Source of the DNA: Desulfobacterales bacterium
GTDB taxonomy: Bacteria > Desulfobacterota > Desulfobacteria > Desulfobacterales > UBA2245
NCBI GenBank assembly: GCA_040771865.1
Contig: JAXGZF010000007.1
Coordinates: 248,001 to 312,000, forward strand
DNA: 64,000 nucleotides
Direction of reading: 5' to 3'
The notes beneath the pieces are model-generated. The model was given only the letters and a program-made list of their open reading frames with translations, searched no databases and was not told the DNA's origin. Below, piece after piece: positions 42,112-50,987 of the stretch (positions within the stretch are counted from its first letter, which is position 1; every line of letters starts with the position of its first letter). Made by a program: the position numbers and the translations under genes.

Positions 42112-42621
42112 TTAAATGTTTCTGCTGTCATATGCCCAGTTGAGCAATGCCTGGCGCTGCTTTGACCGGCAACCGATGTCTTCCGGCCTGCAGTGTTTCT
42201 TTATCTGAGCGATATGCCGCTTCATACCTTTCCATCGTTTTATCTGACGTGCATCGTCCGGGCATCTTCTTCCCATGTAATACCTGCAATACCATTGAAA
42301 CCAGCCTCTGGGATCTTCGTGATAAATCCATCCCTTTTCCCACCATACGGATAAGGGCTGAGAAGCATTGACTTTAAAGTAATTTAATTCAGGGTCGTGG
42401 CGTTCATGGCAAAGCTTTGCATTGATGAACCAGCACTCAGGAAACTCATTTCGGCAATCCGTCATGTATTTTCCGCCGAAAACACCCATCTCCAGCATCT
42501 GCCTTGGCGTTAATTCAGGCAGGAATTCCGGATCGAAGTTCATTCCGACAGGCTCAGAAAGGTAATAAAAATAGTTCTTCTGCATGAGATCGTTTACGAT
42601 TATTTTTCGTCTCTTCATCAT
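42112..42621 (-). CDS. Hypothetical protein with DPRGWFQWYCRYY-GRR motif
   Basis: LTP-QML--GVFGG-Y, N-F-V-ASQ----W, DPRGWFQWYCRYY-GRR, RQI-RW, RQALL-WAY. Confidence 0.85.
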   Translation of the reverse strand: MMKRRKIIVNDLMQKNYFYYLSEPVGMNFDPEFLPELTPRQMLEMGVFGGKYMTDCRNEFPECWFINAKLCHERHDPELNYFKVNASQPLSVWWEKGWIYHEDPRGWFQWYCRYYMGRRCPDDARQIKRWKGMKRHIAQIKKHCRPEDIGCRSKQRQALLNWAYDSRNI

Positions 42622-42800
42622 ATTTCCGCCAAAGGAAAATCAGAAATCCGAATCGGATTGTATTTCGCTTTCCTGGAAGTCGCTTCTGGGTATCGAAAGG
42701 TATTCTTTAAGCTGCATTCAGAGGGTCATTTTTCAATTAATCAAATTTGTTTAATACATTAGCTTAGCCCGACCCTCTGCGATGATAGTTCGTCTGTGAT

Positions 42801-43490
42801 TCAAACCAGCCTCGCTCCACCATCAATGACTGTCACGCTGCCTGTTATATAGGGGCTTGTCATAAGATGGAGAAATACCATCGCTATGTCTTTTGCGGAG
42901 GCAAGTCTTTTGACCGGAAATTGGCGGGCGTATTCGTGAACCTCCTTTGGTTTTGGTTCTACAAAGCCAGGGCTGACGACATTTACCCTTAAGGGAGCAA
43001 GCTCCACAGCTAACGAGCGGCACAGGGTCTCTATGGCGCTATTAACGGCGGCCATGGTTGAAGCTCCTTTATATATCTTTTCTCCGGCAATCCCGCTCGT
43101 AAGCGTTATGCTCCCGTCTTGCTTAATATGGGTCCGGGCAGCTCGAACCAGACGGTATGAACCCCAGAACTTCACATCAAAAGCTCGCTTCGCTTCATTA
43201 ATGTCCGTTTCCAGAAACAACGACGACTTGGCATCAGGTCTCGCTGTGATGACAACGTGATCTATAGAACCTACGGCTTGGAATAATCCGAATACATCTT
43301 CATCCGACGTAATATCGAAGGAATGCGCCTCAATGGTCTTCCCAAGGGAATCTGCCAGTTCCCCGCTGTGCTTCAAGACATTGCGCGACGCTATCACAAC
43401 CCGCGCTCCGTTTCTATCAGCCAGACTCGCCACAGAAAGCCCAATCCCTGAACTGCCGCCCACGACCAATACCGTTTTTCCCTTAAGCAT
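42801..43490 (-). CDS. Short-chain dehydrogenase/reductase (atypical active site)
   Basis: GGSSGIG, LA-ELAP-RVN-VSPG, Y-TG----DGG; no YxxxK. Confidence 0.9.
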   Translation of the reverse strand: MLKGKTVLVVGGSSGIGLSVASLADRNGARVVIASRNVLKHSGELADSLGKTIEAHSFDITSDEDVFGLFQAVGSIDHVVITARPDAKSSLFLETDINEAKRAFDVKFWGSYRLVRAARTHIKQDGSITLTSGIAGEKIYKGASTMAAVNSAIETLCRSLAVELAPLRVNVVSPGFVEPKPKEVHEYARQFPVKRLASAKDIAMVFLHLMTSPYITGSVTVIDGGARLV

Positions 43491-43592
43491 TTGCTCGATC
43501 TCCCTGCTGACTGCCGAACGGCTGGTATCAAGCCGTCCGCTGGATTTGCTGGTTAGAATGCCCGATAGGCCGCTTGTTCACATTTCAATGTC

Positions 43593-44507
43593 TCAATTGT
43601 CCGTGAAATAATCGGAGTCCAGTCTCTTGAGTTCGTAGACGGCGTCGGTTACGACGCCGACGCCGAAGTCGATCATGAACTGCGCCAGTTGCTGGCCGTC
43701 TATAAGAATGATCTTGTTGTCGATATTGGCCGCGAATGCCTTGGCTGTGTCGCAGAACCGTGAAGTCGTAATGAAAATTCCCTTTCGGGCGCGTTTGCCT
43801 TGCAACGCGCCGGCAAACTTCTGAATCTCGGGCCGTGAAATGGGATCTTCCCATTTTTTGGCCTGAATGTAGATTATGTCCAGCCCGAGACGGTCTTCTT
43901 TGATGATGCCGTCGATTCCTTCGTCACCGCTCCGCCCGATGGCCTGTCCGGCATCCTTACGGGAACCGCCGTAGCCCATCTTGACAAGCACCTCAACAAC
44001 CACTTTTTCAAAGAAGATCGGCGAAGCGGACTTCAATTGCGCGATAATATCGCCGGCGAGGTTCTCGCGCAAGGTTTGATACGCATCTTCAAGCTGTTCG
44101 GCCGGAGTCTTTATTTCCTGTTCCTCCGCGCCGGAAGAACCCTCCTGACACCGATTCTCTTTGTGCTTGCCGCGTGCGGCTTCGTATTCCGGGAATTTTC
44201 GAAGAAACCGGAGGTTAATTTCCTGTGGATTCTCCTTAAGAATGTCTTTCCCACGCCTAGTGATGCGGAAAACACCGCGTCGGGTGTTTTCCAGAATGTT
44301 CGCCATCTTCATGTGGGCGCGCGCCCAGGCAACGCGATTGTCGATCATGCATTGCTGTCCGCTCGGAAGGAGTTCCTTCTGTTCTTCCTCTGTGAGCCCA
44401 AATTCCTGCGCCAGAGCATCGAGGGCTTCCCGGTTTGTGTGTTCTTTCCCGTCGGCGCAGAACTTCAGAAGGGGGAGCATGATGCTCTGAAAATCAGGTA
44501 TTGCCAT
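43593..44507 (-). CDS. mrr: Mrr-family type IV restriction endonuclease
   Basis: MAIPDFQ..NRV-WA Mrr_N domain; FE--V--L--MGYG, GD-GIDG, YIQAK, G-FITTS, LIDG. Confidence 0.95.
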   Translation of the reverse strand: MAIPDFQSIMLPLLKFCADGKEHTNREALDALAQEFGLTEEEQKELLPSGQQCMIDNRVAWARAHMKMANILENTRRGVFRITRRGKDILKENPQEINLRFLRKFPEYEAARGKHKENRCQEGSSGAEEQEIKTPAEQLEDAYQTLRENLAGDIIAQLKSASPIFFEKVVVEVLVKMGYGGSRKDAGQAIGRSGDEGIDGIIKEDRLGLDIIYIQAKKWEDPISRPEIQKFAGALQGKRARKGIFITTSRFCDTAKAFAANIDNKIILIDGQQLAQFMIDFGVGVVTDAVYELKRLDSDYFTDN

Positions 44508-45092
44508 AGCCTGTTTTCCTTTCTCTCATGCAAGCGCCAGCTGTTACGACGCTGTTTTTAAGCGCGGTAGGTACAGTTTGTATTGCATTTGAACGTGTCA
44601 AAAACCAAGCGAAGCAAAGCCTCCCGAAGGTCGCGGCTCAAACGTTCTTGATAAGCAAAGGGTAGCCGACAACCATTTGTTGCATATGGCCTGCACATTT
44701 CCATGTATTCCGATATGATGCGGCTCATGATGAGATATCAAACCATCGCTCTGACCCAGAACTTAAGCGCATGGCAAAGCATTCGCTTATTGATATCAAT
44801 TCTGATTCGAAATTCAGACCGGCGAATTTTGCCTGTGTTCGGGAGCAAAACCTCTATTGTCGGCCTTGGGAAGAACTTATCGAGAATAATTAGGAAAGTT
44901 TTCAACGGAAGTCAATTCGTTTTTGGCAATGAGTAGCGGCCGAGCGGTTTGTTTCTATCGCTCCTCTCCTTGCCCGCTCCCCGCAATCGGGGAGCGGGTG
45001 ATCGGGATGCGGCCTTCTCCACACAAACAGGGAGAGGCAATAAGCTGAACGGTTCTCTGCTCGCAAGCGAAGCGAGGGAAACAGATAAAACC

Positions 45093-45127
45093 GCTTTTCG
45101 CTTTCAGCTTTGAACTTTGAGCTTTAA
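45093..45127. repeat. Heptamer tandem repeat, 5 imperfect units
   Basis: GCTTTTC GCTTTCA GCTTTGA ACTTTGA GCTTTAA just after the beta-subunit stop. Confidence 0.7.
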
Positions 45128-45130
45128 GCT

Positions 45131-46006
45131 CTATTTGCATTTGGCCAGAAGCCTGGCCCAGTCGTCGTCCACTCTTTCCTGAATCTGGCTGATCAGGTCG
45201 TCGGTCAGATGCTTGAAACGGCCCTGAAGCCGGATGTAGTCCCGGACCGGGCGGTTGCCCTGGAAGTTGACCGTATAGCGGTTGCCGCCTTCCACCTCGT
45301 AAAGCGGAAAGAAGTTGGTCTGAACGGCCATGCGGGCCACCTTCACGGAATACTCGGACGGAACCCCCCAGCCGGTCGGACAACTCGCGTATACGTGCAG
45401 GAAACGCGTGCCCCCTCTGGTGGCGACGGCCTTTTGAAATTTACGGATCAGATCGTCAGGAAAGGCAATGCTGGCCGTGGCCGTATAGGGAACGCGATGG
45501 GCGGCCATGGCCTCGACGATATTCTTCTTGTGAGAGCGCTTCCAGCTGTCGCCCGGCGTGGTAGTGGTCCTGGCGCCGTAGGGGGTCGAGGAGCTTCGCT
45601 GAACGCCGGTATTCATGTAGGCCTCGTTGTCGTAGCAGACATAGATGAAATCCTCGCACCGCTCCGCGGCCCCGCTCAGGGCCTGAAAACCGATGTCGAA
45701 TGTTCCGCCGTCGCCGGCCCATCCTACCACGGTGGTTTTGGTGTCGCCCTTCAGGTCCAGGGCCGCGCGAAGGCCGCTGGCCGCAGCCGCCGTGGTGGCG
45801 AATCCCGTATGCAGAACCGGCACCTTCAGGGCCGACTGGGGATAGTTTCCCGCGATGATGGACCAGCAGCAGGCCGGAATTACCATCATGGTGTTTTCGC
45901 CCAGGGCTCTCAGGGCCAGTTTCATGGCAATGGTCGCGCCGCAGCCAGGACAGCCCACATGCCCGGAACTCATGTACTCGGTATCGGAAATGGTCTCGGT
46001 CATCAT
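45131..46006 (-). CDS. 2-oxoacid:acceptor oxidoreductase beta subunit (TPP-binding)
   Basis: GH--C-GCG, PACCW, GDGG--DIG, YDNEAYMNTG-Q-S, CPTGW. Confidence 0.93.
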   Translation of the reverse strand: MMTETISDTEYMSSGHVGCPGCGATIAMKLALRALGENTMMVIPACCWSIIAGNYPQSALKVPVLHTGFATTAAAASGLRAALDLKGDTKTTVVGWAGDGGTFDIGFQALSGAAERCEDFIYVCYDNEAYMNTGVQRSSSTPYGARTTTTPGDSWKRSHKKNIVEAMAAHRVPYTATASIAFPDDLIRKFQKAVATRGGTRFLHVYASCPTGWGVPSEYSVKVARMAVQTNFFPLYEVEGGNRYTVNFQGNRPVRDYIRLQGRFKHLTDDLISQIQERVDDDWARLLAKCK

Positions 46007-47172
46007 GATTTGAAAAGCTCCTCGTTCAGGCCCACCCAGACGCTTTCCGGCCGGGGCGCCGCCTGCTCGCACGTCATGCGGTATATCGTTTCCAGGGTTT
46101 GAACGGTAATGTCCCTTCCTCCCAGCCCGGCGATGTAGCTGAACACGGGGGGACGGTCCGGGCGGTTGTAAAGAGAGGCCCGAATTTCCTGGGCAAATAT
46201 GCCTCCCACGCCGAAAGAACAGTTCCGGTCGACGACGGCGATCTTTTTCGCGGACCGGAGGTTTTGGTAAATCGCTTCGGCCGGAAAGGGGCGGAACATC
46301 TTGAGTTTTAAAAGCCCAACCTTTTCGCCCTTTTCCCGAAGATCCATCACCAGCTGCCGGCAGGTGCTCGCCATGGTTCCGGCCATGACCAGAATCACCT
46401 CGGCATCCTTGCAGCAGAATGCATCCACCGGCCCGTACCGGCGCTCAAATATGGAAAAAAACTCGTCCTCCACCCGGTCAAATACGGCCGGTGTCGCTTC
46501 CATGGCCAACTGCATGCTGCGGCGCATTTCCATGTACACCGGCGGCGGCGCCATCTGGTTCAGGGCGCAGGGATTCTGGGTATCCATCTGAATTTTCGGA
46601 ACATAGGGAGGCAGAAACCGGTCCACGGCCTGCTGATCCGGAATTTCCACAGGTTCATAGGTATGAGAAAGAAAAAAAGCATCCAGCACCACCATGACCG
46701 GAAGACTGACGATCTCGGCCAGCCGGTAGGCCTGCAACACGGTATCGAGCGCTTCCTGTCCGTCTTCGCAGTAAAGCTGAATCCATCCGGTATCGCGCTG
46801 GGATAGGCTGTCGCTCTGATCCATCCACAGATTCCATCCAGGCCCCAGGGCGCGGTTGACCTCGGCCATTACGATGGGAAGCCGTGCACCTGCAGCCCAG
46901 TGCAGCATCTCGTGCATCAGGGCCAGGCCGTGGGAGGAACTGGCCGTAAAGGTCCGCACGCCGCCGCTGGCGGCGCCGATGACCGAGGCCATTGCCGAAT
47001 GCTCGCTTTCCACGCACATGAAACTTCCGTTTATTTTTCCTTCCGCGCAGTATTTGGAGAGTTCCTCCACAATATGGGTCTGGGGAGTGATGGGATAGGC
47101 CGACATCATCTTGACCCGGGCGAGCCGGACCGCCTCGGCGACCGCATGACTTCCCTCAATGACTTCTCTCAT
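46003..47172 (-). CDS. 2-oxoacid:acceptor oxidoreductase alpha subunit
   Basis: AYPITPQT, ESEHSA, T-SSS-GL--MHE, NRA, FRPFP, GLGGRD. Confidence 0.93.
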   Translation of the reverse strand: MREVIEGSHAVAEAVRLARVKMMSAYPITPQTHIVEELSKYCAEGKINGSFMCVESEHSAMASVIGAASGGVRTFTASSSHGLALMHEMLHWAAGARLPIVMAEVNRALGPGWNLWMDQSDSLSQRDTGWIQLYCEDGQEALDTVLQAYRLAEIVSLPVMVVLDAFFLSHTYEPVEIPDQQAVDRFLPPYVPKIQMDTQNPCALNQMAPPPVYMEMRRSMQLAMEATPAVFDRVEDEFFSIFERRYGPVDAFCCKDAEVILVMAGTMASTCRQLVMDLREKGEKVGLLKLKMFRPFPAEAIYQNLRSAKKIAVVDRNCSFGVGGIFAQEIRASLYNRPDRPPVFSYIAGLGGRDITVQTLETIYRMTCEQAAPRPESVWVGLNEELFKS

Positions 47173-48881
47173 GACTGGGCATCCTCCATGACCATGGCGC
47201 TGCGCGGACATTCCACCACGCAGACCCCGCATCCCTTGCAATAATCGGCGTTGATGCGCCGCAGGGTTCTGTCCTGAATCACCGCGACCTCCGGGCAGAA
47301 GGTCCGGCAGTTGTCGCACCCGTTGCAGATCCCGCAGTTGAAACACCGGCCGGCCTCCTGAACGGCCTGGCAGGCGTCCATAACGCGGTCGACCTCGTCA
47401 AAGGAACGAATGCTGGACGCGGGCGAAAGCGACGACGGCTGCGGACGTGTGGCGGAGCAGAAATAATCCGTGTTGATCTCTTCAAACCGCACCACGTGCC
47501 GGGACCTTTTTGCCCGTTCCCCTTCCAGATAGATCTCCATGGAAAGCGAATCGCCGTTTCCGACCCGGCATTCCTGCAGGCGCTTCACGACGGCCGCTTC
47601 CCCCTGTCTGAAAAAAATATCCAGCGCCATGGCGGCCTCTTTGCCCGAGGCAATGGCGTCCGGAACACTCTGAAGAGCGTTGGTCAGGTCTCCTCCGAAC
47701 ACCGCGGGAACCTCATCGAAGCAGACGGCGCAATGGCTGAGCTTCAAGCCGATCGCATCCTCGGCCGGGGTCATCCAGGATTCGGCGGCCTGCGCTCCGA
47801 TGGCTGCATACACGTCGGAAACCTCGATGGAAATTGTCTCATCCGATGCGGGAACCACCCGGGGACGGCCGTCGGATCCGATATCTGAAATCTTCATCTT
47901 CTGAAGACGGATTACGGCGCCCTGAGTATCCAGATCAATGGAAACCGGCGCATGCAGTTGCATCAACTGAACCCCTTCCGCGAGCGCCCTCTTCACCTCA
48001 TGGTCGAATGCCGGCATGTCCTGCTGCCTTCTCCGGTAGACGATCAGCGGCTGAACCCCGAAACGGAGCAGCGAACGGGCCACGTCGATCGCCGTGTTGC
48101 CGCCGCCGATCACGACCGCGGTTCCCAGCCGGGGCGCTGCGGTATGCTTTCTGACCTGCAACAGAAACTTCAACCCGTCCTTGGCCAGATGCTGGCCCGG
48201 AATGCCCAAATTCTGAGATTGTCCGTGGCCGCAACCGACAAAAACCGCGTCATAGCGCCCCCTGGCCTCCCGAAGAAACCCGCCGCGAACCGGAGTATTG
48301 CAGAAGATATCGACCCCCGCGGCCTTGATTCTTCGAATCTCCCAGTTGAGAATATCCAAAGGAAGACGGTAGGCCGGAATCCCCCAGCGGAGTACCCCGC
48401 CCGGTTCGTCTTCGGCTTCCAGCACATCGCAGGCATAGCCGAGGCGGGCCAGGAAACAGGCCGCCGAAAGACCGGCGGGCCCGGCGCCCACGACAGCGAT
48501 TCTCTTGCCGTTTGAAGATCTTTTGAGAATATTGTCCAGAGCCTCGTCCTTTATCGCCGTATCGGCCAGAAAACGCTCCAGATTGTTGACGGCGATGGAA
48601 CTGTCAAACTCCCCGCGGTTGCAGGCGGTCTCGCAGGGGTGAAAGCAGACCCGGCCGCAAACCGCGGGAAGAGGGTTTTCCATCAGAATAGTTTCCCATG
48701 CGGTTCTGAAACGGCCCTGGGCGGCCAGCATTTCAACCTGGGGAATGTCCGTACCGCAGGGGCAGGCCGCAGCGCACGGGGCGGTCTTGTCCCGATAGGA
48801 AGGACGAATATAACTCCATGAGCCGGTATGGTTCACATCGGTCAGAATTTTTGACCGCGATGTCAACAGCGAAATTTCCAT
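47169..48881 (-). CDS. Fe-S flavoprotein: GltD/DsrL-like NAD(P)H module fused with a delta-type ferredoxin
   Basis: APC---CP, CGRVC-HPCE--CNR, GAGPAG, GGGN-A-D, YRR; C-terminal C--CG-C--C--C---CP and YCKGCG-C---CP. Confidence 0.88.
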   Translation of the reverse strand: MEISLLTSRSKILTDVNHTGSWSYIRPSYRDKTAPCAAACPCGTDIPQVEMLAAQGRFRTAWETILMENPLPAVCGRVCFHPCETACNRGEFDSSIAVNNLERFLADTAIKDEALDNILKRSSNGKRIAVVGAGPAGLSAACFLARLGYACDVLEAEDEPGGVLRWGIPAYRLPLDILNWEIRRIKAAGVDIFCNTPVRGGFLREARGRYDAVFVGCGHGQSQNLGIPGQHLAKDGLKFLLQVRKHTAAPRLGTAVVIGGGNTAIDVARSLLRFGVQPLIVYRRRQQDMPAFDHEVKRALAEGVQLMQLHAPVSIDLDTQGAVIRLQKMKISDIGSDGRPRVVPASDETISIEVSDVYAAIGAQAAESWMTPAEDAIGLKLSHCAVCFDEVPAVFGGDLTNALQSVPDAIASGKEAAMALDIFFRQGEAAVVKRLQECRVGNGDSLSMEIYLEGERAKRSRHVVRFEEINTDYFCSATRPQPSSLSPASSIRSFDEVDRVMDACQAVQEAGRCFNCGICNGCDNCRTFCPEVAVIQDRTLRRINADYCKGCGVCVVECPRSAMVMEDAQS

Positions 48882-48978
48882 CTTTATTTCCTGCTCAGAT
48901 CTCATTTTCCCACCTGAATAAAATTAAATGCCGGATTCGAAAACTCGAAGCCCGTTCAAATCACCCTTCCGGAAACAG

Positions 48979-49581
48979 TCAGGCGATTCGGGCGGCCGCA
49001 GACCGATCCTTTTCCGCAGCGCCCACCGATTCAAAGAGCTCGACCGCATCATAGGCTTCCCGGGCCGCGGCGGCGTTTTCAGATGGTTTTACGGGCATCT
49101 CGGCCTCGATGGCCTGGGTAACAGCTTCAAGCGGGGGCTTTTCCAGCATACGGGCAAAAGCGCCCATCACCGCCGTGTTGATGATCGGCTGGGTACGGGT
49201 ACCCAGCTGGTGTTTCAGGGCGATGCGCCCCGCATCCACAACGGCCAGCCTGAATCCGTCAAAACGCCTCAGGTCCTCCGGAAGACCCGGAGCGTTGATC
49301 AGCACCCATCCTCCGGGCTTGAGCCCCTGGGTCACATTGACGGTCTGAAGCAGCCTGTAATCCTGAACCACGACATGATCCGGCGTATATATGTTGCTGC
49401 GGACCAGAATTTTGGTTGTGCTCAGGCGCAGATAGGCTTCAACCGGAGCACCGCGACGTTCGGAACCAAAAACGGGAAAGGTCTGAACGTAATACCCGGC
49501 CTTGAAAAAGGCCTTGGCCAGCGCAATGGATGCCAGCACCGTCCCCTGCCCGCCTCTGCCGTGGAAACGTATCTCCTCCAT
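48979..49581 (-). CDS. 2-oxoacid:acceptor oxidoreductase gamma subunit
   Basis: EIRFHGRGGQG, FP-FG-ERRGAPV, PI-NT---GA. Confidence 0.95.
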   Translation of the reverse strand: MEEIRFHGRGGQGTVLASIALAKAFFKAGYYVQTFPVFGSERRGAPVEAYLRLSTTKILVRSNIYTPDHVVVQDYRLLQTVNVTQGLKPGGWVLINAPGLPEDLRRFDGFRLAVVDAGRIALKHQLGTRTQPIINTAVMGAFARMLEKPPLEAVTQAIEAEMPVKPSENAAAAREAYDAVELFESVGAAEKDRSAAARIA

Positions 49582-50020
49582 GGGTTTCAACCTCTTTATC
49601 AAAAAATTTAAATCCGGACCGATTTACTCAACAAAACACTTACTTATCATTGTTAAGAATGAATGATCACAATAAATATTCAATATATTAGATCACTTAA
49701 AAATAAAATAACTCTCAACCCAGAAACAAGTAAACATGCTCGCCCAAGCCATCAGATCGCTTGCTGCATCAACGGAATCGAGCATAGCTACAACTTATTG
49801 ATATTATTAAATCTGACTTTCAAACCCTGTTTGCGAAATTTTTTCTATATCTTCCTTTCAGACTAGTGTCAAGAGAAAATGGCATTATCTTATTTGAACC
49901 GCCTTTAAAGAAGAAATATAATTCATTGCTATTTATATTTTTATTTGGCATTATAGTATGATACGAAACGATGAATACGAAATATTTATTGAAATAAACC
50001 ATAAGATATGGAGGAAATTT

Positions 50021-50632
50021 ATGCGGAAATTGACTTATTTTTGTCTACTTTTACTCAGCGTTGCGGCACTGGCGGGATGCGCCCGCTCGCAATATCTGGA
50101 CGTTTCGTACCAGATGACGATGCATCCCGGTCTGACGGAAGACCGATCCATCGCCCTGGCCGTCGAGGATCTTCGCCGGACCCAGACGACTCTCGGACCC
50201 GGAGCGCAACAAAAAATGCCGTATTTTACCGAAATATTTGCGTATTCCCTGCAAAAACCCGGACAGGCGAAACGCCTTGTCGGGCCTTATCCGATAACCG
50301 GACTGTTCATGGAAGCCTTCAAAGAACGCCTGGCTGCGATGGGGGTAACCGCGGTTCCGGAAACGGCGGCAGGTGGCCGGAAGCTTCAGATCAGCATTCA
50401 GGAATTCTCCCTGGATCTTCAGGCTGGAAAATGGGTGAGCACCATCGCCTATGAGGCAAAAACCATCGTCGACGGCCGGACCCTGAGCGCGGAAATCGTC
50501 CGGGGCCAGGCCCAGAAGTCCAATCCTTCAAGCCGGTGGATACGGCCCGACGTTCTGTCCGAAAACTTCTCCGACTGCGTCAACAAGGTCAATCTTCGAA
50601 AGCTGGTAGACGCTCCCTCGACCGCCCGGTAG
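50021..50632 (+). CDS. Lipoprotein, YajG-like
   Basis: Lipobox LAGC after a hydrophobic stretch; V-D-R motif; SD GGAGG. Confidence 0.7.
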   Translation: MRKLTYFCLLLLSVAALAGCARSQYLDVSYQMTMHPGLTEDRSIALAVEDLRRTQTTLGPGAQQKMPYFTEIFAYSLQKPGQAKRLVGPYPITGLFMEAFKERLAAMGVTAVPETAAGGRKLQISIQEFSLDLQAGKWVSTIAYEAKTIVDGRTLSAEIVRGQAQKSNPSSRWIRPDVLSENFSDCVNKVNLRKLVDAPSTAR

Positions 50633-50987
50633 ATTATTCGTTTAACGCGTCCCCGGGCGCAGCATGACAGACGGCAATACATCAAATGCCGTTTCGGCTT
50701 GCAAGAATACAAGCCTTTGAATAAAGTTGTTTTGCAAGCAATTATTTACCCTGTAACGGCTTTGTTGTTATAGAGTTTGCCATGTTTAACATAGGTTCAG
50801 ATTCGAGCTCCCGGCTGAAGGAATCGCGTCTGCCGCGCAGCGAGATTCGGGAGCTTTTTGCACGGCGGCTCGGCATTATCAGACAATCCTGCAGCAAAAT
50901 GGAAAAGGGCTCTCCGCGGACGCCGATCGGCAACTGGCTTCCGGCAGGCGAAATTCTCAATTTTGACTTTTTACGAAATGATCCACC

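Larger units (their letters stand above)
39975..44656 (-). mobile_element. Putative decayed integron cassette array (CALIN-like)
   Basis: attC-like R''(AAC)/R'(GTT) remnants at 44587-44656, 43513-43559, 42083-42117 and 41326-41350 between short co-oriented genes; no intI seen. Confidence 0.55.

Noticed and set aside
39992..44507. Restriction-modification system (mrr plus methyltransferases)
   Set aside because: The methyltransferases lack DNA MTase motifs (DPPY/NPPY/PC) and look like small-molecule class I enzymes.
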